Shown here piece by piece: positions 28,756 through 41,675 of a DNA stretch of 64,000 bases. The notes below the pieces were generated by a model. The model searched no databases and was not told the DNA's origin. It saw nothing but the letters and a program-made list of their open reading frames with translations. The position numbers were made by a program, and so were the translations under genes. The DNA is from the human T2T-CHM13v2.0 reference genome, Homo sapiens, in assembly GCF_009914755.1 (NCBI RefSeq), contig NC_060926.1; one strand, given 5' to 3'. How positions within the stretch are numbered: the first letter of the stretch is position 1; every line of letters starts with the position of its first letter.

Positions 28756-29509
28756 TATTTATATACATATATGTGTGTGTGTCAAGATTCTGTGAGTTGC
28801 CAAATATTTCGTAGTTAATATTAGCCAGCTAATGATGAGTCTAGCTCTCCAAGAACATTTAGAAGTCATAAAAGTACAGCCATTAAATTAACATCAGCCT
28901 TTGGGCTGATTTTTTGTTTGCTTACTGCTACATGGTTACCTGTCTGTTGGAATGTGGGTTCAGGGATTAACCTCTCTACAATCCTTTAAAAATGTGGCAC
29001 AGTTTAATATCTGGAATTCCACATAGCAACTGGTTTGTCAAAGTTTATGATCTAAGTTCTCGGCCCTTTCCTTCTCTCAATGGAGACCAGACGGCACTGA
29101 CAAGATCAAAAGTAACACGGGCTTATTCCTTATTCACACTGATGTGACTTGTTGCCCAAGGGGGATTTCAACCGACTATACCTAGGCATACTCACATTAG
29201 TGACAAGTTGAGCGGTATGGTAGCCATGCAGTATAAAGGCATGGCTTCTACTTTCTTAGTTGAAAAAAGACATCAAAGCTGGAAATGAATAGATGTATCT
29301 GTATTTTGCCACATTTGCTTAAGTTACTATAAAAAGGAAATGGTATGATTTGATGTGACTTAAGATTGTATATGCTTCCTAAATTTGCCATCTTTGTACA
29401 TTAAATGAGAACACTGAGGTTATGGGTGTTAACAGCCCATCAGAAACTCATGCAATATATTCTGCCTATAGAGAAAATCCTCTTTCTCTCCTTTACTCTT
29501 TCTTCTCTT

Positions 29510-30250
29510 CCTTCCAAGTGAGGTAGGGGTCCATAATGGATGATGGGAATATAGTGGCTCAACCTGATGCATGGTATTATGAGGTTAGAGCCCACACGAG
29601 TTTAGTAGGTTGGCTGTGTAGAGGAAAAGATGACGATGGACAGCCTAGAACACAATTGTGGGCTGTGAAAGGTTTAAGAAGATATTCATTTTGAGGGCAG
29701 AAGTAGCCAGGCATGGTGCTGAAAGATTTTACATGTAAGGGAGATCGGATTAGTACATATACTGAAGATATTGAGAGCCAGGTTTTTTACTATCCATATG
29801 ATATCCATATGGAAAAGGAGGACACTAGAAGGAACTTCATGGTGTTGGATTAAAATTGGAAGTATAAATGTAAAGTCAAGGTTTTCAATATATACTGACA
29901 TATGCAAAAATACAAATAGGTGTAAATGTATGTATGCATATATTCTCTAGCTCCTTTCACTGGGAGAACCTGGAAACATTGATATCCCAGTAGCAATAAA
30001 TACATCTATCACCCAGATGTTTGTTTATAAATGCCATCCTCCATACAAGAAAACAGAGATGCTTGGAGAAATAGCTAATCCCAGAGTTTGGGAAGAGAAT
30101 GTACACCTTGAGCCTTCTGGTGACAGAATGTAAGAAAGTACTCAATGAGTAAATGGGACATACTCAAATACACAGAAGCCAGCATAAAAGAGTTCCTACT
30201 GGCCAAGCTAGGACAATAGGCATATCAAAATAAGAAATGGTAATAAATTC
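29510..30250 (+). mobile_element. L1MC/MD-like 3' UTR relic
   Basis: 'cccagtagcaat...cacccagat...aaatgccatcctcc...cttggagaaatagctaatcccagag...ccttgagcc'. Confidence 0.6.
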
Positions 30251-31349
30251 AACTAACTTCATGAAAACCTTGTTTCTTTATCATTGTGAGAATATAAACA
30301 TTTTGTTTTTAACTTTATCCCATTCAATCTAGTGTTTCATTCACTTTTCTGATATTTTCAACTGGTTAGGCTATTGGAAAGCCATAGAAGTTTCCACATG
30401 AAGTATATTATCTGATGAAATTACAGTATTTCCTTCAATTTTAATAATTGTGGGAAAAAGTGCCACTGATTCCCCGCCCTTAATTATCTAGTCAAAGAGA
30501 TTTATGTCTCTGTCCCTTGACAATGCAAAAGGTAAATCTGAGTGGAAGGGAGGACAACGGTATTTTAGGCATGAACCCTTATTTATTCCTTGTAATTCCC
30601 TCTCTCTTGTTCTTTCCAAGCACAGATAATCTCTCTTTTTTTTTTCATTCTGGCATATGTTAATTCCATATATGATACACAAATGAATCATATAACTTAC
30701 TAAAAATTTTAAAGATAAAATTATAATTTTAAACATTTTTAAACTGAATTTACAATTTGGTTTTATGTCATTATATATAGAATATATATATACAATATAC
30801 ACTGTATCTTTTGTGCAAATATATATGAATCTCCTTATGCTATAAGAGGGAAATAAGCATAAAAATGAAAAACAATAAAATCACCTAATACAGAAGGAGC
30901 AGGACTGAGATAAAAAATGAATAAATAAAAATTTTACAAAAAGAAAATCATTTAAATCATGAGTTTAAAAGAGAGAGAGAGTTTAGGAGAAAATAGAAAA
31001 AGTCAGAGAAGAGTAGACTTGAGGACAATTTCAGGTAAGAAGTGTGAACAGGAACAGCAAGAGTAAGGAGACAGAAAGTGAATGCAGATGGTCAGGAATA
31101 GAGGGAGGAAAAACAGATATGAAGTAGGGCTATCCAGGGAAGAAAAGTCTCAAGAAGCTGCAGTTGGTGGACAGTGTATATTGCCACATGATGAGTCATT
31201 GCATTTGGAAATTAGGTGATGGTTGGAGGCTGTGGAGAATGGAAATTCAGTTGAATATATGGATAGAAGCCAAATTCTGGGAGGTGAGGCCAACGTGAGA
31301 AAAGTAAAGATTAAAACTAGCCCACGTCCTCCTCAAGTTTTAAGTAGCA

Positions 31350-31570
31350 GTTCCAATTCCACTTCCTACAGGAGGTCTGGGCTGAGTCTTCTGCTGGCAG
31401 ATGCTTCCCGAGCACCCTGTACTCTTCTTACCATGTCACTTATTAGACCTTTATTTTATTTATTATTTGATTCTGGTTTTCCTGCAGGTATAGGGCAAAG
31501 ACCACATCTTTATTCATAAAGCATCTAGCACAGTGCTTGGCATATAGCAGATGCTCAATACATAAATTTT
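31350..31570 (+). mobile_element. L2 3' end relic
   Basis: 'agcatctagcacagtgcttggcatatagcagatgctcaata'. Confidence 0.65.
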
Positions 31571-31839
31571 AGTGTTAACTCATTAGGAGAATAGTTTGAG
31601 AGAGCCACATAGTTATGTTTTCAACTACAATGGAATCATTCAGAAACTTCCTCAATAGCATCCTCATGAAAAGAGGAAAAGACAATAGATTGAAGCAAAT
31701 TTTTCAAGTCAAGCAATAGAATTAAATAAACAAACAAACTTGAGGCACTAATGCCTTAATGTTGAGATTACAGCAAATGTTAAAATGGAGCAATATAGAG
31801 AAATGAATGAGAGAGGACCATGGCATGAGACAACAGTAA

Positions 31840-32000
31840 TTTAAATTCAGGCTGTGTTTATCAGATTTGTAATGTGAAACTTGCTTAAGTTGTGTGAGCC
31901 TCAATTTCTTCATCTTTAAAATGAAGATTAAAATCTAGTGGTAATATAAGGATATATGCAAAACTTGTATACAAAGCAAATGCTTAAGAAATATTGAATA
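31840..32000 (+). mobile_element. MIR relic
   Basis: 'gagcctcaatttcttcatctttaaaatgaagatt'. Confidence 0.55.
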
Positions 32001-33769
32001 TTATAATAACTACATCTATTTTCTAGTTTCCATTTTTATTTAGTTTAAAATTGTTGAATTTAATAAACTAAAAAGAAACTTTCCAAATAATGCTGATAGC
32101 CAGGATACAAAAGTTTTCCTGTTTTAGACTTGTTAATGAGAGAATTGTGAGTTTCTACAGAAAAGAACACTGTCTTATCCTCCAAATTATCCTTCATATC
32201 CGGCAAACAGTATGCACTACATATGGAATTTTGGCATCAAAGAGACAATAAGTATATGAAATATTCATTTTCCCTTACTTTTTTGTCTCCCTTTTGCAAG
32301 TGTTCTTTCATATGTAGAAAATTAAACCACCATGCAAAAGAGTGCAGTCTCTGATGAAAAGCTGAGATAAGTATGAAATTAAAAGTTTGAACGACTTAAA
32401 ATGAAAATACTGAAAGAAGCCAGTTATGAGGTGGTTGGTAAGTCTGCACCCTTTTGACATTGCTTGCCAACTCCAGTACTTGTCTGTTAGATAATAACTG
32501 CAATTACTCTACCTACCATCTAACTCTCAGAGTCTCTGTTGATTATTATAGATAGCTCAGGTGTCATTTTATAAAAATTGGAAAACAAATTGATTTTGTT
32601 TTTCTGCACCACTACCATCAAAAAGCAGTCTGTATGCCTGTCATTAGCAGAACTGTGTATATAATTTACACATAAAGCTATCATAGACTTATCCCAGACA
32701 GTATGCCAGAGGATAATGTGGAAATTATGCTCTTTTGTGTAACTGGGAAGGTCTCCAAGAAGAGTGCCATTTCTTGGAACAGCAGAAGTCTTTTCTCACA
32801 TGAGCTAGATGACAGAGGAGTGTTATGCAACTCACCCATGGATGCTGGCGGCCAAGTGACACCCAGAATTCTGATTCTGCATTATGTAATTGGAAATCCC
32901 TGCAGTGCAGTAACTTTTCAATGTGCAGGATGATCTAAATTAATGTCTCCCTTCTACTCAGGGAGAACTAGACTGTCAATGATTTCATTTGATGTTTTTT
33001 TGTTTTTGTTTTTTGTTTTTTTTTTGGGAAGAGATAACATTAGAGAAAATTGTAATGAATGTTTCTGCATGTCTGTTTTGTGCCGTTCCTTTTATTTTCT
33101 CACATCTGTGAGATTGTGAGCTTAATGTATTTTAGGTGTGTGTGTGTCTGTGTATGTTTACATTTGCTCAGTTGCTGTGAAGTACTAAGAAGGTGCCTTG
33201 GCTATTATACATATCACTTTTGCATATAAAACATGGTTGCTTAGTGGCCAAAACGTGGGACATATTCTTCCTATGGCAACAACTAGGTCTTTTGGCACAC
33301 TCCAAAGATGATGCCTTTGGTTATTTTGCAATTGTTACTGTAGGATCTGTTGCCTGTGACTCTCTTAACTTCCTGAATGTGTTTTCCTTTCTTTCAACCT
33401 GAAGTCAAAGGCATTACTACTCTTTGACCTGATTTCTCATACATGAGTGTTTACCTATGACATTTTCAAAATAAAAATGTGTTTCAATGAAAATTGTTCC
33501 CTTTGGTTCATTTTCAGTGTTGTTTTATATTAATACTAAACAAGGTCTTTTACCTGGAGGAAAATAATACTGATTATTTAGAAACTGGCATTTTAACTGT
33601 TCCCTCATGACTTCAAATGCATATGGGATCCTTTTACCCACGATTACCCCTTGCTTTGACTCTTTAGATGTTTTAAAAGGGAAATGTCTTTATATAAAAA
33701 ATGTGCCTGGGCAATGAAAGAGAAGAATGTATATTTTGCAGAAAACCAAGCTCTTCCTCCATCACTAGC

Positions 33770-34500
33770 AAAATTTCTAGCTCAGTCTAATCCTCCACTT
33801 TCTCTTTCTTGAATTCCAGCAACAACCTCCCAGCTGGTTTCTCCATAGGTACTCTGACGCCCTCTAAATTGTTGTTTGCATGAACAATTCATATTTGATT
33901 ATATTAACCCCTTCTTCTCTTCTATATACCTATGCTTAAAATTCTTTAATGGTGTTCCTTTGTCCTTAGGAAAAGAAGACAAACTCTTCAATATGGCTTA
34001 CAAGGCTTGGCTTCCTTTTCCAGCCTCATCTCATTCACTCCATGCTTTCCCTTTTCTGAGCTCCAGTCTCACTTTCCCTTTTTCATGCCCTGAAAGCCCC
34101 ATGCTCCCTGTTACCCACACGTAGCTCCTTGTACTTTAAACATGATTGTTCGTAGCTTTCACTCTGTTAGTTTCATGGTTTCTTCAAATACTAACTAAGT
34201 TATCACTTCCACAGAGAAGCTTTCCCTCTCCAACATAATTTGTTTTTTTCCCACAGAATTATATTCCCATAGCACCGGCTTTTTCTCCTTTATATCACTT
34301 AATATAGATGAAAATTTACATTTATTTTGTGTAATTACTTTAATATTTATCTTTCTTATTACACAAAGGCAGGGATTATGTTTTTCAGTTTTTGTTTGTT
34401 TGATTTTGCTTAACTTTGTATCCCACCACCTAAAATAATGCCTGCAATGTGGTAGCAGCTCTATAAACACCTTTTTTTCTTCAGATAAATGAAAAAAAAT
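33770..34500 (+). mobile_element. L2 3' region
   Basis: 'caacaacctcccagctggtttctcc...atggcttacaaggc...tttgtatcccacc...gcctgcaatgtggtag...aaatgaa'. Confidence 0.65.
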
Positions 34501-34819
34501 GAAATCATATGGCAAGAATTTGAAATAAATCTTTACTAAGTCTACTGTGATTATTTAAGACTAGAAATTATGGCCATTAAGCTACCTAATTGTATTAGAG
34601 TTTTCTTGGATCAGATGATTTTGGCAAACAAATTGAACTTGAAAGAGGGGATTGCTGTAATTTCATCTGAATGGACTCTACATGGAAAGTGTCTTGACAC
34701 ATGAAAGAAGACGAATCTGGGATGGATGCTAACCTTTTTGGTCTTCACAAATAGAGATTGGGAGTTGATCAGCATGTCCAAAATGCCAATGTGAGGAAAT
34801 ATGTAGTCATACTGTAACA

Positions 34820-35040
34820 ACATTTATTGAGTTATTACTCTGTGTCAGACATGCTAAGTTCTAAACCTGTGTAACTCATTTATATTCTCAGCAGTCTTCT
34901 GAGATGTTCGTAGTATTGTCATCTACATTTCATAGAAGAAGAAACTGAAACAGGTTAGGTAACTTACTCGTGGTCACAGAGGTAATTGGTGGATTTGAGG
35001 ATTCACAGGATTCTAAAATCGAGTTGCTGCACTGCCTTCT
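34820..35040 (-). mobile_element. MIR SINE
   Basis: 'aacatttattgagt...taactcatttat...gaagaaactga...ggttaggtaacttactcgtggtcacag'. Confidence 0.75.
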
Positions 35041-36969
35041 TTAAAAAATTAACATTTTTGAGTTTTGTCTAGGAAGTGGGAGTAGGAAATGAACAATTTG
35101 TTTTGTCATAAGTAGAAGTATGAGAGGAACACTTATCTTTAAGAATAAGTGCAGACTTTTTGCTCTCCTCAAAATATCATCTTCATTATAATTCCAAAAA
35201 TATAATGAAAGAAAAATTAAAATGATAACCTATCTTATTCTTACAATTAACTTAAGATTTTTTTGAGTTACTTCCATCTATATACTGGAATCTTAATACT
35301 GACCTTGGCATTAAAGTCCAGGTAGTATTAATAATATGAATGTTACATTTGTGTTATTATTCTACAGTTTATTAAGTGCTTTTACTTATATAGTGGATTT
35401 AATTCTTCTGAATACTTCATAATTATATCCATTTTAATAATATGAAGGTGAGTGTTAGAGCTCTCAAGCATACAGTAGACGGCTAAGTTAGGGCTAGCCT
35501 ATAGATTCTCTGACTTTGGTCCAGCACGAAGGCTTTTCTATGACAAAGCCCTTTAAATGCATGAAACTTATAGAGCCATCTTCTTCTGGAATACATATCT
35601 GCATATAAAGGGTCTGAGCACTACTCAGCATATGCTGAAATATTTTGTTGCAATGTGTTTTGAGTTCTGCTGTGAAATTTTAGTAAAATTGATTAAACAG
35701 TTTTTCCTATGGAAAAGAGAAAAATGAAATCATTTTAAAAAGAGAATCACCATTCAAGATACACACACATATGCATATTTTCTTCATATATACTTTATAC
35801 ATAAGCATTAGTATTTATTTTACAAGACTGCAAAAGAATTATGATTAACATTTTCTTCAGAGCTCATTAGAATCATGATTTCTAGTAAACAATAAACTGA
35901 CCTTAATGTTGCTATTTTCTTATTGTTAGCTGCTGGGAATAACAACAAATACAAAACATTTAAATATATGGTAAAACAATTAAAATGGCATTTTTGTGAT
36001 ATGTCATATTAAGGCACAAAGGGCAGAGTTTTTAATGTAATAATTATGGCCTTTATTTTCCTGAAAGTTTGTTTTCTTCAAGTTTTCTTTTTAATCTTGC
36101 TCTGTTTACATCAAAGCTTTAAAACTATCTTCAGTGTAACCTTAGCACAGGAAATGAATGACAGCAGGGTAGCTGGTCTGACCTCAAGACCTCCATATTT
36201 TTACTTTGAGGGCCTCAGCGCTCACATGTACTGAAACTCTACCAGCATATAGCAAAGTGCAGTGAAAATAAAATCAGAAAAGACTTCCTCAAGGTTGTTT
36301 TTTTTTTTTTCATAGCCCAAATAATAGTATCATGTGCATTTCCCATCAGGTTTGGTTTAGAATTTTCCATACTGTGTTTATATTGATACGTTGCCACAGT
36401 GCCTCCTACTGTGGTAGGAAGTTGGGAAATCTATGGTTGTATAAAAGTATGATAAAGAAATGAATTCAATTTTATTTTTAATTAGAACATCCCTAGATAT
36501 AAACTGATAAGGTCAGCCAGGAGTTGTATCAGAATTTGCAGTTGGTTATCTAAAATCAAAATCGCAGGAGGCAATGTTCCTATGTTCTAAGTTGAAAGCT
36601 GAAATGTTGCAATGTTTATGTTTTTTAGCAAAATACAGTAAGTAGTTCCTTTTTAACAGTTTTGACCTTTTCAAAGAAATTAAAGGCCAGAAAACCTCAC
36701 ATGTTGTTGTAGTCCTCCATCGGTGAAGCAGAAAATGTTATCAAGTATTGTATGTCTTGTTTCTGGTGTGGTCTTTGCAACACAATTGTGAAAAGCCTTT
36801 GCTACTTGGGAAAAGAGAAAAAACCCTGACGCTGAACACGTGACAGATAATAGCAGTGAACATGAGCTCAGAGACCTGGGAGGGAGTCCTAGTCCTGCTA
36901 CTTACTAGTCTTAGGACAGGCTCTTCGCTGCTAAGTGACAGAAAGTATAGCTCGCAATTCCAGCCCTAC

Positions 36970-38222
36970 TGTGTTCGAAATTGGTGGGTTCTTGGTCTCG
37001 CTGACTTCAAAAATGAAGCCATAGACCCTTGTGGTGAGTGTTACAGTTCCTAAAGATGGTGTGTCCAGCGTTTGTTCCTTCAGATGTTCAGATGTGTCCG
37101 GAGTTTCTTCCTTTTGTTGGGCTCATAGTCTCACTGGCTTCAGGAGTGAAGCTGCAGACCTTTGCGGTGAGTGTTACAGCTCCTAAAGGTGGCGCATCTG
37201 GAGTTGTTTGTTCCCTCCGGTGGGGTTTGTTGTCTCACTGGCCTCAGGAGTGAAGCTGCAAACTTTCGCCGTGAGTGTGACAGTGACAGTTCACAAAGCA
37301 CCCAGAGTTGTTCCTTCTTCCCATTCCCAGTTGTCTGTCCCTCCCTGTGGGTTCGTGGTCTTGCTGGCTTCAGTAGTAAAGCTGCAGACTTTCACAGTGA
37401 GTGTTACAGCTCATAAAAGCAGCACAAACCTAAAAAGTGAGCAACAGCAAGAGTTATTATGAAAAGCAAAAGAACAAAGCTTCCACAAAGTGGAAGAAGA
37501 CCCAAGCAGGTTGCCGGAGAGGGTTTGGGTGGCCTGCTTTTATTCCCTTATCTGGCCCCACCCACATCCTACTGATTGGTCCACTTTACAGAGAGCTGAT
37601 TGGTCCGTTTTACAGAGTGCTGATTGGTCCGTTTTGACAGAGCGCTGATTGGTGCATTTACAATCCTTTAGCTAGACACAAAAGTTCTCCAAGTCCCCTA
37701 CCCGATTAGTTAGACACAGAGCGCTGACTGGTGCGTTTACAAACCTTTAGCTAGACGCAGAGTGTTGATTGGTGCATTTACAATCCTTTAGCTAGACAGA
37801 AAAGTTCTCCAAGCCCCCACCTGACCCAAAAGCCCAGCCGGCTTCATCTCTCAATGGCACTACCCACGGGACTTTGGGGTACATAGCCAGGGCACTCTGG
37901 CAGCCCAGAGGGAGCTCCTCCCACGATCAAGCGCAGCAGGCGCCCGCAGGCCGAGCTGAGTGCAGGGGCTGCGGAGCCCGCGCCCACCCCAAACCCGCAC
38001 CTGCCTGCGAGCGCCTTGCGCAGCCCCGGCTGCCACGGGCGCCTCTTCCTCCACACCTCCCTACGAGCAGAGGGAGCCGGCTCCGGCCTTGGCCAGCCCC
38101 AGAGAGGGGCCCCCACAGCGCAGTGGTGGGCTAAAGGGCTCCTCCAGTGTGGCCAGAGTGGACACCCAGGCCGAGGAGGCATGGAGAGCAAGCGAGGGCT
38201 GCTAGCAAGTTGTCATCTCTTA
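36970..38222 (-). mobile_element. ERV9 solo LTR12 (length closest to LTR12D)
   Basis: Antisense LTR12: U5 repeats 'gaagctgcagac...gtgagtgttacag', tandem ctgattggt motifs, GC-rich U3; 4-bp TSD CTAC at 36966-36969 and 38223-38226; 1253 bp. Confidence 0.95.
37500..37790 (-). promoter_or_regulatory. LTR12 U3 promoter/enhancer (NF-Y CCAAT array, GATA, AATAAAA TATA-like box)
   Basis: Five ACCAATCA motifs on the minus strand between ~37572 and 37773; AGATAAGGGAATAAAA at ~37538-37553. Confidence 0.7.
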
Positions 38223-40533
38223 CTACCTACCATTGCTGTAGTGCAGCCACAGCATCTTATGTATGGTGGATTTGTGAAGCTTTACACTACTGTTACATGG
38301 TTTCTCAATCATATTTATCGTTTATACAAGAGCTCACAAATTAACAATTCTTTTACCTTGTTTCCAAATACCAGCATAGTCACAAAATGAATGACTCAGG
38401 AAGTGTAGATCTAGAAGAACCAGATAATTGCACATAAGTTTGGTGAGATCAGCATGGTTGTTATGTTGTGGGTGTACTTTGTTAGCTGTCTTTATTTTTA
38501 TTCTCAGCCCTTTGTAGTGCTTTAAATGGCAGAGGTTTTGAGAATGGGTGTCCCAATGACGTTACTGAGGGCTGAGGTTAAGCATTACATAGAATGGTGG
38601 TACTTAGTTGTTGGCCATGACTGGTTTCCTCACCATCTGTGTGAAAAACTGTCAAAAGTACGTATTATTATGCTGATCACCAGGCATGGATACCCAAGTT
38701 TCCTGTGGTGGCCTGACTCTGCCATGTTGCTATAATTATAACATAAAATATGGCATGTTTTCCTATTACTCTTGAGTTAGAAAACATACAAGCCAATGCC
38801 ACTGAGGAGTGTAGTGGTGGAATACACCAGTAACAAGGGGCATCTAACTTTGGTGCCTTTCACTCTTAAAGCTCACCTTGTATCTTAGCAAAGAATATAC
38901 TTGACCTAGCTCACAGTCCCTATTCCACACAGGGACCAAGCTTCTTTCTTTCATTTTTATGATTGACATAGTTTTTGAGTAGGTAATATATTCAAATGAG
39001 TCAAAACCCAGAAAGTATATAGATATCTGTGAAAAGCCTTCTTTCCTTCCCATCCCGCTGTTTAATTTTCACACATTCTTCCCCATCATGGCCACAAACA
39101 GGTAATGTGTGCTGTAGGTTTCTTGTGTATCCTTAAAGAGATAGATTTTTTTTATAGCTGTAACTCGATATAAATATATTTTATTTTTCTTTCTTAAAAA
39201 GACTCATAAATGATGTGTATAAATATATTTATATCTCTTACAACTCAGCACAATGCTGGTGTAATGATTTGATATTCAAGCAAATCACAAAGCTCTAGTT
39301 AAATTAGTCTTTAATATATAGCTAAGAAAAATCGTTGGCAAATTTGTGTGCATTACAGAGCTCAAATGCCTAAGCATTGCCTGCCTCTGTTCTCAGTAAG
39401 CATATGTTTTATTTAAAGAGAAATCATCAGGTTTATCTGGGTTCATCCTAATGTATTCAGCACATTAACACTTGTTTCCAATAGAGTTTAACAGCTTCTT
39501 TTTACCAATCCCTTTAGTAAAATCTTTTATAATATAATAGTTTAAACCCAACTTATAAAATATAAAATGTGTAGTTCCAATCAACATTAAAGTGTGTTAT
39601 ATGTATAATTTAATATTTCTTAAATTTTTATTCATTAAAAAATCACATACTGGTCTTGATTTGAAACAGCGTTTCAAATGGTTTTTAGTTATGTAAATTA
39701 TTTCTCCCCTGACTGTGTAATTACATGATGGACTGGTTTCTAGAGTATCATATACTTAATGTGAGTTTCTAAAAATGCTTTAATCATATAATTGCTAGTT
39801 TATCAAGTAGAAATATAGGTTTGAGAACACTATCATTATGTCATTATTTTCCACAAAAGACTGTGAAACACACTGAAGAGGCTATTATGAGGCAAATAAC
39901 AGTTTTCTGTGGTGTCTAAATTTGCAAGGATTATATTTTTAAAAGAATAGTAAAGAAAATACCTAAAGGTGAAGAGCTTTAAATCTAGCCAGCCAATTTA
40001 TGTTGTGTCTCTATGAAAAACCAGTCCAGGCAAAGAGAGTGAATAGGTTAAGACCAGAATAATGAAGATAGTAGATTATCTAACTCAATGAGTGATACTA
40101 ATATTTAATAATTGATTCACTAAATTCTGCAAGAAAGCCTAAAGGAAATGAAATAAAGTGGAGATATTTTATTTTATTTATACTAGAATCCAGTTGCATT
40201 GCTCTTATACTAATTATTACTGGCTGTACCATGTTCAAGTGTGATTGAAATAGAAAATCATTTATCTTCAACTGGTCTACCGCCAGTAGGAACAGGGAAA
40301 TATAATCTAGAAAGGCTAAGTGGTTAAATTGAAGTCTAGTTTTACAGAAATTAAAGATTTAAATAAACGTTTTCTGATTTATTGAGTAGTCATGGGTGAG
40401 AAAATGTTTTTATTTTCAACAAAGTCTAGTAAAAGTCTAAGGTTAAAATTGCTCCCTCTGTGGGTTTAGTATGAGAAGAGAAGACTCCTAAAAAGTCCTC
40501 TCTCAAGAAAAAGTCTCTCTCAATATATTTCTG

Positions 40534-40535
<2 letters not shown>

Positions 40536-40570
<35 letters not shown>
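40536..40570. repeat. (CA)n microsatellite
   Basis: ~17 CA units abutting the MER2 terminus. Confidence 0.97.
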
Positions 40571-40572
<2 letters not shown>

Positions 40573-40952
40573 CAGCCTTTCGTGTGCAGGTGTTCCACAT
40601 CCCTGCGTTCCACCAATGATGAATGGAAAATACTTGGAGAAAAAAAGTATGGCTGCATCTAAGCTGAACATGCACAGACTTTTATTCTTGTTACTCCCCA
40701 AACAATACAGTATAACAACTATTTACATAGCATATACTTATATTGGATATTATAAGTAATCTGAAAATGATTTTAAGTAAAGGGAAGGATAGGTGTAGGT
40801 TATATGTAAATACTATACCATTTTATATAAGGGACTAGGGCGTCTGTGGATCTGGTATCTGTGGGGGTTTCTGGATACCTCCACAGATAGCAGATCCACA
40901 GATAGCCATATTTATTTCTGGATACCTCCACAGATACCAATACCATAGACTG
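40569..40952 (-). mobile_element. MER2 TcMar-Tigger DNA transposon
   Basis: 'acaatacagtataacaactatttacatagcat...taggttatatgtaaatactataccattttatataagggact'; cagtc...gactg ends. Confidence 0.9.
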
Positions 40953-41445
40953 TGTATCTATTACCCCGTCTCCATTTAAAACGATTACAGCTACAGCTCT
41001 GAGCAGAAGAAAAACCAAAGGCAGGATGTTAGATTTGTTGATAAATGCCTATGTTAAAGGTGTTTCTATATTGTAGTTTCAAGTTCAGATATTTATTGTT
41101 ATTTATTCTGTTACTATTTACTCAGCTATTGAATATAGTTCATGATGAATATATCTAGATGATTTATATTTTCATGCAATTAAAGCGTTTTTCTCCCATA
41201 ACGAGTTTTTTTTAAAAATTAGGTTGTTAAATTGCTACTATATTCTGCTATTTAATCTTTTGATTTCCTTTTACCTTTTAAAAGAAATTAAACGTAATAT
41301 TCTAGGAAAATAATACATTTTAAGCATTTTAATTTGCTGAAATGGTTAACAATTGATTTATTTCTGACCATTTAGGTCTCTCAGGAAAACCTGAAACTCG
41401 GTGGAGGGTGTTAGATGGGACTTTTGTGGCTTACACTGGAACACT

Positions 41446-41675
41446 GCAGGGTGGTGATTAAGAGTCTGGATTAACAGATCAGAATGCCTGGGTTTGAGTT
41501 CCTGCTCTGCCTCTTATCTCTCTGTGACTATGATCAATTGAAAAAACTTCTGTGTAATTCAATTTCCCATTGTAAAATAGGGTTGGTAATATTAAGTGCC
41601 TCATAGAAAATTAAAGGTCATTATGTGTACCAAATGCTTAGAACTCAGTGGAGCACATGGTATACCCTCATTCAT
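41446..41675 (+). mobile_element. MIR SINE
   Basis: 'gtggtgattaagag...cctgggtttgagttcctgctctgcc...tgtgact...tgtaaaataggg...tgcttagaac'. Confidence 0.8.

Noticed and set aside
27976-28818. ORFs with a reverse transcriptase-like motif
   Set aside because: Decayed, frameshifted L1 ORF2 with the catalytic FADD changed to FADN; not a functional gene.
28832-28909. C/D-box snoRNA-like spacing (ATGATGA ... CTGA, ~78 nt)
   Set aside because: No terminal stem, the D box is buried in a local hairpin, and I recognise no rRNA/snRNA guide.
37050-37420. Spaced direct repeats resembling a CRISPR-like array
   Set aside because: These are the standard LTR12 U5 tandem repeats, and the intervening sequences are similar to each other.
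36856-38390. Cluster of GC-rich ORFs / apparent CpG-island gene start
   Set aside because: They lie within or run through the LTR12 solo LTR; U5 and U3 repeats explain the open frames.
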